From Candidatus Andersenbacteria bacterium RIFCSPHIGHO2_02_FULL_46_16 (GTDB lineage Bacteria > Patescibacteriota > Andersenbacteria > UBA10190): a stretch of DNA of 54,382 nt. The stretch spans positions 1-54,382 of the forward strand of contig MHHQ01000016.1 of NCBI GenBank assembly GCA_001817065.1. Direction: 5' to 3'. Below are positions 8,226 through 18,625 of this stretch, one piece after another. The stretch's first letter is position 1. The number at the start of each line of letters is the position of its first letter. The position numbers were made by a program, and so were the translations under genes. The notes under the pieces were generated by a model, which was not told where the DNA came from, did no database searches, and worked only from the letters and a program-made list of their open reading frames with translations.

Positions 8226-9548
8226 TTAACGACTTTGCTGGAGACCGCCAGAGATAGGCTCCTCGGCTGCTGGCTGGACAGGATCAGGCTGAATTAAATT
8301 AATTTGCTCCTGTGCTCGGACGAGGCTGGCATTAATGGTGGCTGCGCCGGTGATAACGTTGTCAATCATAGTATTCATGATAGCATCGATGGCGACGATG
8401 TCCCCTCTTGGCCAAGTGACGGCGGTTAGAGCTTGCTCCGCAAAGACGCCAAGGCTCGGGTCGCGACTTAGGCTAGCGACACCATCACGCCGAGCAGGGG
8501 GAATTTGGTGGTGACGGATAATGGACATAGCTCCTTCGGTGTTGGTCATTTGCCGCAAAAACTGCCAGGCCAGCTCGGGCGACTTGGACTTATTGGATAC
8601 GGCATATGGCCAGTAAGAAGCAAAGTTTTGCACTTTACTGTCAGCGATTTGCGGAACAGGAGCAATATCGAAACGCAAGCGAGGGTTTTTCGCCCGAACG
8701 GTGGGGATATGATAGGAATAGTTAATCATCATAGCAGTTTTCCCTTGTGAAAAAGCGTCAATCGAGTAGTCCTGCTGGATGTTCCAGGTATAAGCCTTTT
8801 TGGATTTATTGGCGAAATCGGTATAAAACGTTAAGGCTTTAACACCAAGCTCTTCAGACAGCCGGACTTTATTGTCATCGTTGTTCAATGACAAGCCGCT
8901 TTGTATAAAGAGTAGCTGGATAATATCAGTAGCACGGCTAATGTTAGTTGCCGTACCAAGAGCGGCAGCGCTTTGCTCGATAACACCTAATCGATTGATA
9001 CGAGTAATGCGTTCCACCACTGCTAAGAATTCATCCCAGGTTCGGGGTGGCCTGGCTATACCGGCGGTACTGAGCAGGTCCTTGTTATAATACAGCGCAA
9101 GCGTATCAACTGAAGTGGGCAAGGCATAGACATGACCATCGCGGATTAAATCATCAGCGACAACATCAACGAATTCTTCGCGTAACGCTCTTTCGTCGAT
9201 AATGTCAGGTGAAGCAGGGCTCATTAAACCGCGCTTGGTCTCGACCCAAGTATGATGAATGACAAAGATATCAGGTCCGCGATCTTCAGCGATGGCGGCG
9301 AGCAATTGATTTTCATAATCAGCCACCGACGCAATTTTACGATATTCAACATCAACGCCTGTTTCCTCCTGGAACGCCGTGATTATGGGCTCTAGGGCGG
9401 TACTTTCTTCCCATAAACCCCAGATAACTAAGGGATTGCCTTTACCGATATTGACAGGTGTAGGACTGCAGCTGACGCCCGTCAGAGTGAATAGACTAAT
9501 AACGGTAAATAATGATGCGCTAATTTTCAACCTTAATGAGGAGGCCAT
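8226..9548 (-). CDS. Extracellular solute-binding lipoprotein (sugar ABC family 1-like)
   Basis: Lipobox-like LTGVSC; GPDIF, YALPTSVDTLALYYNKDLL, PPRTWDEF, FSQGKTAM motifs. Confidence 0.85.
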   Translation of the reverse strand: MASSLRLKISASLFTVISLFTLTGVSCSPTPVNIGKGNPLVIWGLWEESTALEPIITAFQEETGVDVEYRKIASVADYENQLLAAIAEDRGPDIFVIHHTWVETKRGLMSPASPDIIDERALREEFVDVVADDLIRDGHVYALPTSVDTLALYYNKDLLSTAGIARPPRTWDEFLAVVERITRINRLGVIEQSAAALGTATNISRATDIIQLLFIQSGLSLNNDDNKVRLSEELGVKALTFYTDFANKSKKAYTWNIQQDYSIDAFSQGKTAMMINYSYHIPTVRAKNPRLRFDIAPVPQIADSKVQNFASYWPYAVSNKSKSPELAWQFLRQMTNTEGAMSIIRHHQIPPARRDGVASLSRDPSLGVFAEQALTAVTWPRGDIVAIDAIMNTMIDNVITGAATINASLVRAQEQINLIQPDPVQPAAEEPISGGLQQSR

Positions 9549-10065
9549 AATGATAGGGGCTTGGACTAAAGGTTTTATACAATTTTAATTTTAATTCATC
9601 AATAATCGACAAAATCTCGCTGCGGGTAATGCGATTGGCTACCGGCGGTCCGATAGTGGTCTGGGAAAGCAGCCACTCTACAGTAATAATGATACCACCA
9701 GGTTTGGTCACACGCTTAGCCTCACGAATGATTTTTTTAGGATCAGCCTGAGGCAAGATATTAACTAGCAGCGTCCAGTCGGCACTATGAGATTTAATAG
9801 CTTTAGTGGGACCTGCCTCGAGATCAGAACGAATGGTTTGAATGATGTCAGACAATCCCTCGCGTCGGGCTTGGCCTTCTACCTCTCGCAGCATGTCCTC
9901 ACGGATATCAACGCCAATAATATGCCCATGCGGACCAACTACCCGAGCAGCGGGCAGGAGGAAAAAGCCGGGGCCACAACCAAGATGGATAACGGTTTGG
10001 TTGGCACGTAGCTCGCGATCGGTCCAGAACTGATCGGGGCGAAGGAAGGGTTCGGGTTGAGCCAT
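9520..10065 (-). CDS. Class I SAM-dependent methyltransferase
   Basis: VIHLGCGPGFF, IGVDIRE, RVTKPGGIIITVEW. Start placed at ATG 10065; the upstream extension in the ORF track runs through repeats. Confidence 0.85.
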   Translation of the reverse strand: MAQPEPFLRPDQFWTDRELRANQTVIHLGCGPGFFLLPAARVVGPHGHIIGVDIREDMLREVEGQARREGLSDIIQTIRSDLEAGPTKAIKSHSADWTLLVNILPQADPKKIIREAKRVTKPGGIIITVEWLLSQTTIGPPVANRITRSEILSIIDELKLKLYKTFSPSPYHYGLLIKVEN

Positions 10066-10208
10066 ATTTATAAGATACCAAACGGGGCAGGTAGTAACAA
10101 ATTTACGAGAACAAACTTTTCCAGAGTACCCTCCTTTAGCCAAGGCTATGGATGGGTAGGCAACTGCACTTAGGGTAAAACGTAAAGTTAAAAACGAAAA
10201 ATAACAGT

Positions 10209-10316
10209 GTAAACCCCCACACCCTGGCATAAAGGCCAGGGCTTTTCAGCGGAGCTAATATAACAACCATTCATCACCGGCCTTAAAGGCCGGCGCTTTC
10301 TGGGTGTGGGGGTAAA
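10209..10316 (+). mobile_element. Element B copy 1 (~108 bp; IS200/IS605-end-like double hairpin, PATE/MITE-like)
   Basis: GTAAA-CCCCCACACC...GGTGTGGGGG-TAAA with internal hairpins CCCTGGC-aTAAAg-GCCAGGG and CCGGCC-TTAAA-GGCCGG; four copies. Confidence 0.85.
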
Positions 10317-10329
10317 GTTTAAAATATCG

Positions 10330-10745
10330 TGATGATACGAACTATACTAAAGCGGTAACAAACCCTCCAAGCAGACACAAGACACAAATATCCAAAGCCC
10401 AAACCCGCCTTCGGGCAAGGCCTGCCGCAGCGAGGTTCGCAGGAAGGCGACACGCCTAGAGGGGCGGCAAAGCACGGTGGCACAAACGGTTCAGGCTGCG
10501 ACAGAAAGATAACAAACTGCTACTAGACCAAGCAAACCCTACAAACGAAGCGGGTGAAACTTATATATAATTGGCAATTTTTCCCTACGGGATCCCGTTG
10601 GGACAATTTTCCCAGCCGGCGCATAAAGCTACGGCGGGCAAGGCAAGTAATAGCCAATGACACAATTTTCAAACAACGAAGCAGCAATTGGAAATTCTAC
10701 ATGTAGAAATTTCTGCCCTAATGGCAGGCAAGTTTGCCTGCCGCA
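10330..10745. repeat. Mosaic of short REP-like palindromes
   Basis: CCCGCCTTCGGGCAAGGC...CGCCTAGAGGGGCGGCAAA resembles 32858-32895; TCCCTACGGGATCCCGTTGGGAC; AAAGCTACGGCGGGCAAGG resembles 17510-17645. Confidence 0.55.
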
Positions 10746-10756
10746 GTGATTATGTA

Positions 10757-10924
10757 TGGAAGTCACATTATGAAATGCCACAAATATAGTGACGGGCCCT
10801 GTCGGCGCTGCACCCCCACCCGACGGCTTCGGCCTGCCAGGCGGGCAGCCTGCAGGCGCTCGGTGGGGGTCCCCCGCGCCGCCACCCGTTTATTTAAGAG
10901 TGGCATTTCATAATGTGACATCTA
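10757..10924 (+). mobile_element. MITE-A copy 2
   Basis: Same 168 bp; TA at 10755-56 and 10925-26; 8 bp from the gyrA stop codon. Confidence 0.9.
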
Positions 10925-10932
10925 TAGATACT

Positions 10933-13398
10933 TTAGTCAGTCCAGGTAGTAAAAGTGGCGATGCAACCGGATTGAGCGGTTGGCTTCATGACTTTTACTC
11001 CCTGAGTGGCACGGCTTTGCTGGCTGACAGTATTTGAATTAATGCGGATAACCTGACCTTTTTCCGAGATGATCAGAAGATCAGAGGTGGTGAGGTTTTG
11101 TTTGTTAATGATAGCAGCTTGCACTAAACGGCCAGTCTTGGCAGTAATGTGGGCCGTCTTGATGCCAGTTCCGCCACGATGCTGGAGACGATAGTCGGCC
11201 AAAGGAGTTCGTTTGCCATAACCTTGTTCGGTGATAACCAGTACTTGCGGCTTATTAGTAACGCCTGCCGGGATAACGTGCATAGTGACAATATTATCAG
11301 AACTCTTTAGCTTCATACCGTGAACGCCCGCGGCTGTCCGGCCCATCGGGCGAACATCTTTCTCAGAAAAATGAATAGCTTGCCCACTGGCGGTAGTAAG
11401 TAATATAGCATCTTTGCCAGTTGACGTGCTCACCCACTCTAGTGTGTCACTGTCCTTAAGAGTAATCGCTTTTAGTCCGGAACGACGGATATTAGTGAAA
11501 TCTTCGCGCGAAGTCTTCTTAATAATCCCCTGCCGGGTGGCCATAACTAAGTACTCTTCGTTTTCATCCTTAGACGGCAGCGCCTGGACAGCGGTAACCC
11601 GCTCGTTTTGGGCTAATTCAAGGAAGTTCGGTAAGGCCTGGCCTCTGGCAGCGCGGGTAGTGGCAGGTATTTCATAAGCCTTAGTAGTAAAGACGCGACC
11701 GAGATTGGTAAAGAAGAGAAGGTCTTTATGGGTAGTCGTCGCCAGGAAAGTATCGACAATATCTTCTTCTTTTGTTGCCATCCCCTTCACACCCTGACCG
11801 CCGCGATTTTGGACCCGATAGGCAGAAGTGGCAAGACGTTTAATATAGCCACCGCGCGTGACAATGATGACGGTGGGATCGTCGGGAATTAAATCTTCCT
11901 GGGAAAAATTGCTGATTGATTGTTTAAAGACACGTGTCCGCCGCGCGTCACCATAGTTTTCCTTGATGGTCCGATAATCAGATCGGATCATCGTAAGAAC
12001 TTTTTTCGGGTCATTAAGGATAGCTGCTAGTTCAGTAATAAGTTTCTTCTTTTCGGCCAGTTCGTCTTCAACTTTTTGCCGTTCTAAACCAGCCAGGGTT
12101 TGCAAACGCATCTCTAGGATGGCGGTCGCTTGGGCGGCCGAAAAGGTAAAGTTTTTACGAAGATTTTCGTGGGCAGTTTCTTTAGTACGGCTCTTGCGGA
12201 TAGTCGAGATTATTTCGTTGATATGGTCGAGAGCCTTTTTCAGTCCTTCTAAGATATGAGCCCTTTCTTTAGCTCGGTCGAGATCAAATTTTGTCCGTCG
12301 GGTAATAACCACCTGTCGATGTTTGATGTGTTCTTCTAACACTTCTTTTAAGGACAGTACCTTAGGTTGCCGGCCTTGGTCAACTAGAGCGAGCATATTT
12401 ACATGGAAGGTTTTTTGGAGGTCGGTGATGGCGAACAAGCGATTCAAGACTTTGCGCGGATAGGCGTCCTTCTTAAGTTCAATGACAATGCGGACACCAT
12501 CTTTATCCGATTCATCCCGTAGGTCTCGAATACCTTCGATCTTCTTGGTTTTAACACTCTCCGCTATCTTGGCCACTAACACTGACTTGTTCACTAAATA
12601 GGGAATTTCTCGAACAATTATGCGGAACGCCTGGCCTTTGTCTTCTTCTATGTCTGCGAGGGCACGTGTCACTATACTGCCCTTACCGGTAGCATAAGCG
12701 CGTAATATTTCGTGCTGGTCATAAATGGCTCCACCGGTCGGAAAGTCTGGTCCCTTAACAAATTGGATTAAGTCTTCTACGGTGGCGTTAGGATGATCAA
12801 TGAGATGGATCGCTGCATCACATACTTCCGTGAGGTTGTGAGGCGGGACAGTCGTGGCCATGCCGACGGCGATACCTAGCGTGCCATTGATGATGAAATT
12901 AGGCAGAGCACTCGGTAATACAACAGGTTCGTGCCGGGTGCCATCGTAGTTATCCGTAAAATCAACAGTGTCTTTCTCAATGTTGATCATCATCTCATCC
13001 GCTACTTTCGATAGACGAGCCTCGGTGTAACGCATGGCCGCCGGTGCATCACCATCCAGGCTACCCCAGTTCCCCTGCCCTTCAATGAGTTCGTAGCGAA
13101 GGGAGAAGTCTTGAGCTAAACGAGCCAGGGCGTCGTAGACAGCGGTGTCACTGTGCGGGTGGTATTTACCTAGCACATCACCAACGACATTAGCTGACTT
13201 GCGAAACTTAGCAGTAGAACGAAGGCCTTGTTGCCACATTGAGAAGAGGATGCGCCGAGCGACTGGTTTCATACCGTCTCGAACATCCGGCAGGGCTCGA
13301 GAAACGATAACGGACATAGCGTAATCGAGGTAGCTCTGTTGAATTTCTTCGGACAGGTCGCGGCCTATGATTGAGCCAATGGAAGATTTGCTAGACAT
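10933..13398 (-). CDS. gyrA: DNA gyrase subunit A
   Basis: SYLDYAMSVIVSRALPDVRDGMKP, catalytic AAMRYTEARL, GyrA-box QNRGGQG, beta-pinwheel CTD repeats. Confidence 0.97.
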   Translation of the reverse strand: MSSKSSIGSIIGRDLSEEIQQSYLDYAMSVIVSRALPDVRDGMKPVARRILFSMWQQGLRSTAKFRKSANVVGDVLGKYHPHSDTAVYDALARLAQDFSLRYELIEGQGNWGSLDGDAPAAMRYTEARLSKVADEMMINIEKDTVDFTDNYDGTRHEPVVLPSALPNFIINGTLGIAVGMATTVPPHNLTEVCDAAIHLIDHPNATVEDLIQFVKGPDFPTGGAIYDQHEILRAYATGKGSIVTRALADIEEDKGQAFRIIVREIPYLVNKSVLVAKIAESVKTKKIEGIRDLRDESDKDGVRIVIELKKDAYPRKVLNRLFAITDLQKTFHVNMLALVDQGRQPKVLSLKEVLEEHIKHRQVVITRRTKFDLDRAKERAHILEGLKKALDHINEIISTIRKSRTKETAHENLRKNFTFSAAQATAILEMRLQTLAGLERQKVEDELAEKKKLITELAAILNDPKKVLTMIRSDYRTIKENYGDARRTRVFKQSISNFSQEDLIPDDPTVIIVTRGGYIKRLATSAYRVQNRGGQGVKGMATKEEDIVDTFLATTTHKDLLFFTNLGRVFTTKAYEIPATTRAARGQALPNFLELAQNERVTAVQALPSKDENEEYLVMATRQGIIKKTSREDFTNIRRSGLKAITLKDSDTLEWVSTSTGKDAILLTTASGQAIHFSEKDVRPMGRTAAGVHGMKLKSSDNIVTMHVIPAGVTNKPQVLVITEQGYGKRTPLADYRLQHRGGTGIKTAHITAKTGRLVQAAIINKQNLTTSDLLIISEKGQVIRINSNTVSQQSRATQGVKVMKPTAQSGCIATFTTWTD

Positions 13399-13467
13399 AT
13401 AATGAGATGTAACGCGGTAGGTAGATTAGTCGGATAAGAAATAAATAAGAAAATTCTGTGGGCTGAG

Positions 13468-14100
13468 TTAGGGGTTGAGAATGATCGTAGAGAGATTTTC
13501 ACGATCAATTTTATTGGCTAAGATGGTAATCTTTTTATTGTCCGTGCTAGGGCTGACACCCATTTCATGAGCGAACTTAGCAACGGCTTCTACCTGCTGA
13601 TTTAATTTGGGAATAGAAAAGTTTATAGGAATGACTACGTTTGGTTCGATAGTTGATATAAGATCAATGGCAGTATTGGTATCAATGCTGGTGGAACCTC
13701 CAATTGGAACAATGAGTATATCTGTGTCCGCTTGCTCTATGTTCTGAAGTTCTTCTTGTTTTAATTTTCTATTCAGTGATCCAAGATATAGCACAGTGAT
13801 ATTATCAAAAATTATCCTGAAAATGGTTTGCTCTTGATTTGTTCCATCTTTAAACCAACCGATGCCATATGTAGTGATGTTATCAAATGAACATTCACCT
13901 GGGCTATCAACGAGTATATAGTCGCCTTGTATTCCACTGGTGTGCGACATGGTTGAATCGCTAGGATTGGTCATGAAAACGAAGTCGGCTTTAGATCGAA
14001 AAGGAGGTAATCCAATATTTGGTGAATATGGATTGATTACAATAGTTGAATTGCTGTTATATATCTTCACCGTATAATGTCCAGCCCATGTAATAGTCAT
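13468..14100 (-). CDS. Metallo-beta-lactamase-fold protein (degenerate metal ligands)
   Basis: MTITWAGH start, SPGE, YLGSL, DILIVPIGG, IEPNVVIP pattern typical of this fold. Confidence 0.7.
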   Translation of the reverse strand: MTITWAGHYTVKIYNSNSTIVINPYSPNIGLPPFRSKADFVFMTNPSDSTMSHTSGIQGDYILVDSPGECSFDNITTYGIGWFKDGTNQEQTIFRIIFDNITVLYLGSLNRKLKQEELQNIEQADTDILIVPIGGSTSIDTNTAIDLISTIEPNVVIPINFSIPKLNQQVEAVAKFAHEMGVSPSTDNKKITILANKIDRENLSTIILNP

Positions 14101-14284
14101 GGGGCTATTTTACACGAAGTGACAATTATTATCCAATCTTTTTTATTCATAAATTGAGGTAATTTTGATCGGGCTTACGTTGGTGGCGGGAGGTTTTGTT
14201 AGGAATATTCAATTGTCATATGTGAAATGGATATAAGGGAAAATAAATTTGCAGCAATTGAAAGGATATGGCATTATATGCGCT

Positions 14285-15361
14285 ATGAGTGAGGCAATGA
14301 AATCAATCGTAGAACACAGGGAGGACATGCTCAACGTACCGAAAGTTGGGGAAATTGTCAGTGGGCAAGTAATTGATAAGGCTAGAAATGCTTTATACCT
14401 TGATTTAGGACACCTAGGCGTGGGGGTAATTTATGGACGAGAGCTACTGGAAGATAGTGAGAAGTTTCGAGAAACTAAGCTTGGTGATCAATTAAATGCG
14501 ACAATACAAAGTCTTGATAATGAAGACGAGTTAATTGAATTGTCTTTACGATCTATCTCGATTGAACAAAGCTGGAAGGAGATTAAGTCGGTATTGGAAA
14601 CAGGCAGCATTCTTGAAGTGGAAATTCTTGATGCAAATAAGGGAGGATTAATTGTACGAATCCAGGGTGTTACGGGTTTTCTACCAGTTTCACAACTAGC
14701 GCCGGATCATTATCCAAGAGTTGAGGGTGGGGACAAGAATAAAATATTGGAGCGTTTGAAAAGTTATGTGCAAGAAAAGTTCAAAGTAAAAATTATAGGG
14801 GCGGAGAGGGATTCAGAGAAATTAATTGTTTCCGAGAAGGCGGCTATCGGGGACGAGATGAGTCATATACTGAAAGACATCAATGAAGGAGATATTGTTG
14901 AAGGAGCAGTGAGTGGTATCGTAGAATTTGGCATATTTATTAAATTTAATAAGGATGAGAATGAGCTGGAGGGCTTAGTGCATATTTCAGAACTAGCCTG
15001 GCAGCGAATTGATAATCCTGGTGATATTGTGAGTGTGGGTGAAAAGATTAAAGCTAGAGTCATTGGAGTAGATGGGTTACGAATTTCCTTATCAATCAAG
15101 CAACTCCAGGATGACCCGTGGAGCGAAGTAGAGAAAAAATACAAAGTTGGAGATGAAGTTAAGGGCGAGGTCATAAAGGTTACTCCCTTTGGCGGTTTCA
15201 TTAAACTTGATGACGATATTCATGGTCTGGTGCATGTATCAGAGCTACCACCTGAATTTGCGACGGATCCAAGCAGTGTTCTAGAGGTAAGCAAAAAAAT
15301 TAAATTCAAAATTATTTCGTTACAAGCGAAGGAACATAGACTAGGCTTGAGTTTGAAATAA
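14285..15361 (+). CDS. rpsA: 30S ribosomal protein S1 (short, four S1 domains)
   Basis: ANKGGL...GFLPVSQL, FGIFI...EGLVHISELAW, FGGFI...HGLVHVSEL S1 repeats. Start placed at ATG 14285. Confidence 0.9.
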   Translation: MSEAMKSIVEHREDMLNVPKVGEIVSGQVIDKARNALYLDLGHLGVGVIYGRELLEDSEKFRETKLGDQLNATIQSLDNEDELIELSLRSISIEQSWKEIKSVLETGSILEVEILDANKGGLIVRIQGVTGFLPVSQLAPDHYPRVEGGDKNKILERLKSYVQEKFKVKIIGAERDSEKLIVSEKAAIGDEMSHILKDINEGDIVEGAVSGIVEFGIFIKFNKDENELEGLVHISELAWQRIDNPGDIVSVGEKIKARVIGVDGLRISLSIKQLQDDPWSEVEKKYKVGDEVKGEVIKVTPFGGFIKLDDDIHGLVHVSELPPEFATDPSSVLEVSKKIKFKIISLQAKEHRLGLSLK

Positions 15362-15431
15362 TTGTCCAGTCGTTCTATGTCAGACGACGAACAATCCTAT
15401 TGACGAAGTCAATAGTAATTCAGGTAATTTA

Positions 15432-15633
15432 TTTATCCACAGCCCAGAAAGCCACCCTGGTGGTGGTGGTTGAATCAGCTGTCGCCAAGGCTTTGGCCGA
15501 CAAGGTGCGAATGTCATAACCTCGCGCTGCCATTCAAAGCTTTGTGAGTAAGGGGAGGGTAGCTCCGCCGATAGCGGAGCGGCAGTTGGCTGCACGCGGG
15601 ATTTCGCCATCCCACCCAGAGGGATGGGACTCC
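15432..15633 (-). repeat. Element D copy 1 (structured ~200-bp repeat, IS605-end-like; truncated)
   Basis: Shares GTCGCCAAGGCTTTGGCCGACAAGG, CGCGCTGCCATTCAAAGCTTTGTGAG and CGCGGGATTTCGCCATCCC with 17889-18155. Confidence 0.75.
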
Positions 15634-15938
15634 ATAATTTGATTTTGGATTGATGTTGATCATATCAGAGTGATTACCCGGCAAAAATATATTCATCATA
15701 TGTGCATATTTATTAATCAAGGTGAATGATTAATAGTCAGTAGTCACCTGATAAATGCGAAGTGACAGTTCATTTGTTTTGACTGATCAACACGAAGGCA
15801 GGTTCAGTGCTTGGTAATGTGATTTTGACATTACATAAGATGCTGAGCACCATAATCAGCTCGTAGCCCTGTGATATTATGGTTTAGAACTTCACAGGTA
15901 ATGTAGTGAATAGATTATGAGCAGGTGATTCAAATCTA

Positions 15939-16106
15939 TAGATGTCACATTATGAAATGCCACTCTTAAATAAACGGGTGGCGGCGCGGGGGACCCCCAC
16001 CGAGCGCCTGCAGGCTGCCCGCCTGGCAGGCCGAAGCCGTCGGGTGGGGGTGCAGCGCCGACAGGGCCCGTCACTATATTTGTGGCATTTCATAATGTGA
16101 CTTCCA
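15939..16106 (-). mobile_element. MITE-A copy 3
   Basis: Reverse-complement copy; TA at 15937-38 and 16107-08. Confidence 0.9.
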
Positions 16107-16146
16107 TAGTCATCTACGTTCAAACAATCTATACCATTATGGATTG

Positions 16147-16218
16147 TCGGGGATGCGAGATTCGAACTCGCGGCCTCAGCGTCCCGAACGCTGCGCGCTA
16201 CCACTGCGCTAATCCCCG
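16147..16218 (-). tRNA. tRNA-Pro(CGG)
   Basis: CGGGGAT acceptor; anticodon arm CAGCG-TTCGGGA-CGCTG; GTTCGAAT T-loop. Confidence 0.95.
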
Positions 16219-16295
16219 ATCGCCAATCAAAAATACCAGTAAGTTAATTATGACACAATAACAGTTTGGTTAATAAGGCTTTTAATATTAACACT

Positions 16296-16458
16296 GAGAG
16301 AGCGCCTGAAAACCATCATGATAACTAGACGATCAGTAATTAAACCCCCTTGATCTCTGCCTACCTTCGGCAGGCAGGCCCATTATCAGTGGGAAGCAGC
16401 ATCAACTACTCCCCTAGGGAGTGAGAGGGAGTTTTCCAACGTTTTTTGAGAATATTTC
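16296..16458. repeat. Repeat family C copy 2 (inverted relative to 5192..5376)
   Basis: CTGAAAACCATCATGATAACTAGA, TAAACCCCCTTGATC, GGGAAGCAGCATCAACTACTC. Confidence 0.7.
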
Positions 16459-17504
16459 AAGTCTATAAGTTGGAATATGATTATATCTAATTGTTAACGA
16501 TTACTTAGAGATAAGGATTTGACGGGCAATAATTGCTTGGTTGCCTAGCATCGCGTACCTCGTCAGTAAAGGCCGGTTATTAAAAACCGCCGATATTTGT
16601 ATGAAACATTGACGATTTGACGATTGCAGCTGTATACGATTGTTACTGACTCACCGAGAGATGCAATGCTCCAGGACAAATCCGTACATGCGAGATGAGG
16701 CCGACATGGCAGCAATCGTAACTGGGTCCAATTAATATATATGGAGCATATAATATGTTGGGCGCACACAGTATCTCTATGTTTATACCAGGAGACATTA
16801 CATAACGGCTGACGTGAAAAGTTAATCAGCTCTAGCTGGTAAACTGCAGCAAGGAAGTGTCCTAGGTTGCCACAACAAAACTGTCGTTGGCGGTTTATTA
16901 TACGTGCAGCCTGTGATACTGACTTTGAAAGCCAAATGGAGGTTAGGTGTAAACAGAACTGTCTAATACCTCTCGACTTTATGAAGAAGAGCTGTAATAA
17001 TTCTCTAGCATAAATGTTATAGTCCATCACCTTTTGTATCAGTGCTTGAATCTGATCGCAAGGATTTGCTTCCGATGACTCAACCAGAGAAAGCGCTGTA
17101 GTTTTCATGGGTATCTCTTTTAGCTCCAGCAACTTGGTAAAGAAACAACGACGAGTGCATCTTTGCGTAAAGGTCAATGAGTATCAATGTGTAGTAATGT
17201 ATCGTCAGCTCATTATTTGATGTATGGATTTATCAATTCTTAAGCTTATGCCTAATCGTTAATTTATTATTCATGGGCGTGTGGCATACAACATGTTGAC
17301 TAATTACTCCGACATAACCAGGCAATCTTTTTGAATAAAAATAACTATTCATACACTCATCTATTTAGCGTATTGAATGATATGTGATTTGATATTGTTA
17401 GTAATAAATCCATGTGTCGACGTATCTGCGCTACCTGACTAAGTCACCGTAAATAAATAACTTAACCATCTCTCGCCCACTATGCATCAATCTACGACTT
17501 TTTC

Positions 17505-17645
17505 TCCAGCCTTCGCCAAGGCTACGGCCGGCAGGCAATCACGAATCACTCACCGTAGCTTGGCTACAGCTCCTGGTTCGCTCCAGCCGTCGCTACCACC
17601 TTCGCTAAAGCTACGGTGGTCAAGAAAGCTATGGCCGGCAGGCAA
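17505..17645. repeat. Cluster of REP-like palindromes (CCTTCGCYAARGCTACGG type)
   Basis: CCTTCGCCAAGGCTACGGCCGGCAGG, CCTTCGCTAAAGCTACGG and AAAGCTATGGCCGGCAGG in tandem. Confidence 0.6.
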
Positions 17646-17888
17646 TTGGAAAAGCCGTATCTTGGCACGGATTGAACGAGATCTGGCCAAGTTATTTTTG
17701 GATGGTGCCTATCAATAATTTTACTGCTTTACATTCATGACCGACAATTTGGATTGATAGAAAACTCCAATTCTCCAATTCGTGCATTCCTGAATCGGAT
17801 AGTTCAAACTCACTTTCTTTAGCGATTTCTAAACGCACATTTTCCAACATGGTTGATTTTGACGCACCCTCAAGCAGTTCATCAACGG

Positions 17889-18155
17889 TTTATCCCACGG
17901 CGCAGAAAACCACCTCGTCGGTGACGGGGGGTGGATGAATCAGCCGTCGCCAAGGCTTTGGCCGACAAGGAATGGGATAACCCCGCGCTGCCATTCAAAG
18001 CTTTGTGAGCAAGGGGGGAGGGCAGCTCCACCGATAGCGGAGCAAAGTGGGGCAGACAGTTGGTTGCTACGCGGGATTTCGCCATCCCGACTAGGTGGCG
18101 GGATGTCCCGTTATCGTGGGGACCACCTTGCTTGCGGTGGGGTGGGTGCTTCATA
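17889..18155 (-). repeat. Element D copy 2 (hairpins at both ends)
   Basis: On the minus strand it ends ATTCATCCACC...GGTGGTTTTCTGCGCCGTGGGATAAA, the same layout as the right end of element B. A second hairpin lies at ~18123-18146. Confidence 0.75.
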
Positions 18156-18228
18156 TGCAGGAAAATTCTTTTAGCCATTTCTTTGCTCCAAATAGATTGC
18201 AGCCAGTTTAAAAGGTCACTTTAACGGG

Positions 18229-18300
18229 TGGACCAGAGGGGACTCGAACCCCTGACTTCTACAATGCGAATGTAGCGCTCTACCACTGAGCTACTGGCCC
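18229..18300 (-). tRNA. tRNA-Ala(CGC)
   Basis: GGGCCAG/CTGGTCC acceptor with G3:U70; anticodon arm CTACA-TTCGCAT-TGTAG. Confidence 0.95.
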
Positions 18301-18484
18301 AGGTCACCTTGGATTTTACAATGTATAGATAATGGTATCAATACACAAATTTATTTATCAATTTTTCAGCCGCCCGAGCTTGCTCTCACGGGTTAATTTT
18401 TAGTGGGGTGTGCAACGAGCTATAAATGGTGAGCCAAATAATTGTAGCAGTGTGTCCCCTATCTTCATGAATTGTTTTTTGTTG

Positions 18485-18558
18485 TGGACCCAGGGAGACT
18501 CGAACTCCCGACCTTTCGCATGCCATGCGAACGCTCTAGCCAACTGAGCTATGGGCCC
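18485..18558 (-). tRNA. tRNA-Ala(GGC)
   Basis: GGGCCCA/TGGGTCC acceptor; anticodon arm TTCGC-ATGGCAT-GCGAA. Confidence 0.95.
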
Positions 18559-18625
18559 GAGTAAATAGTATAGGTACATTATACAAAACAGTAAAATTCA
18601 ACAACAATAGTAATTATTCTTATAT

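Noticed and set aside
10480-10520. Possible SRP RNA (TCAGG...GAAAG)
   Set aside because: Lacks the GNRA-capped helix with the AGCAG symmetric loop, and is embedded in REP-like mosaic sequence.
16563-17177. 204-aa minus-strand ORF
   Set aside because: TTG start, no SD, Cys-scattered atypical composition and no motif; probably decayed DNA, although a degraded gene cannot be excluded.
17482-18178. ORFs 17482..17718, 17882..18178 and 17935..18174 (and 15380..15720)
   Set aside because: They run through REP-like palindromes and element D; their mutual similarity is due to the repeats.
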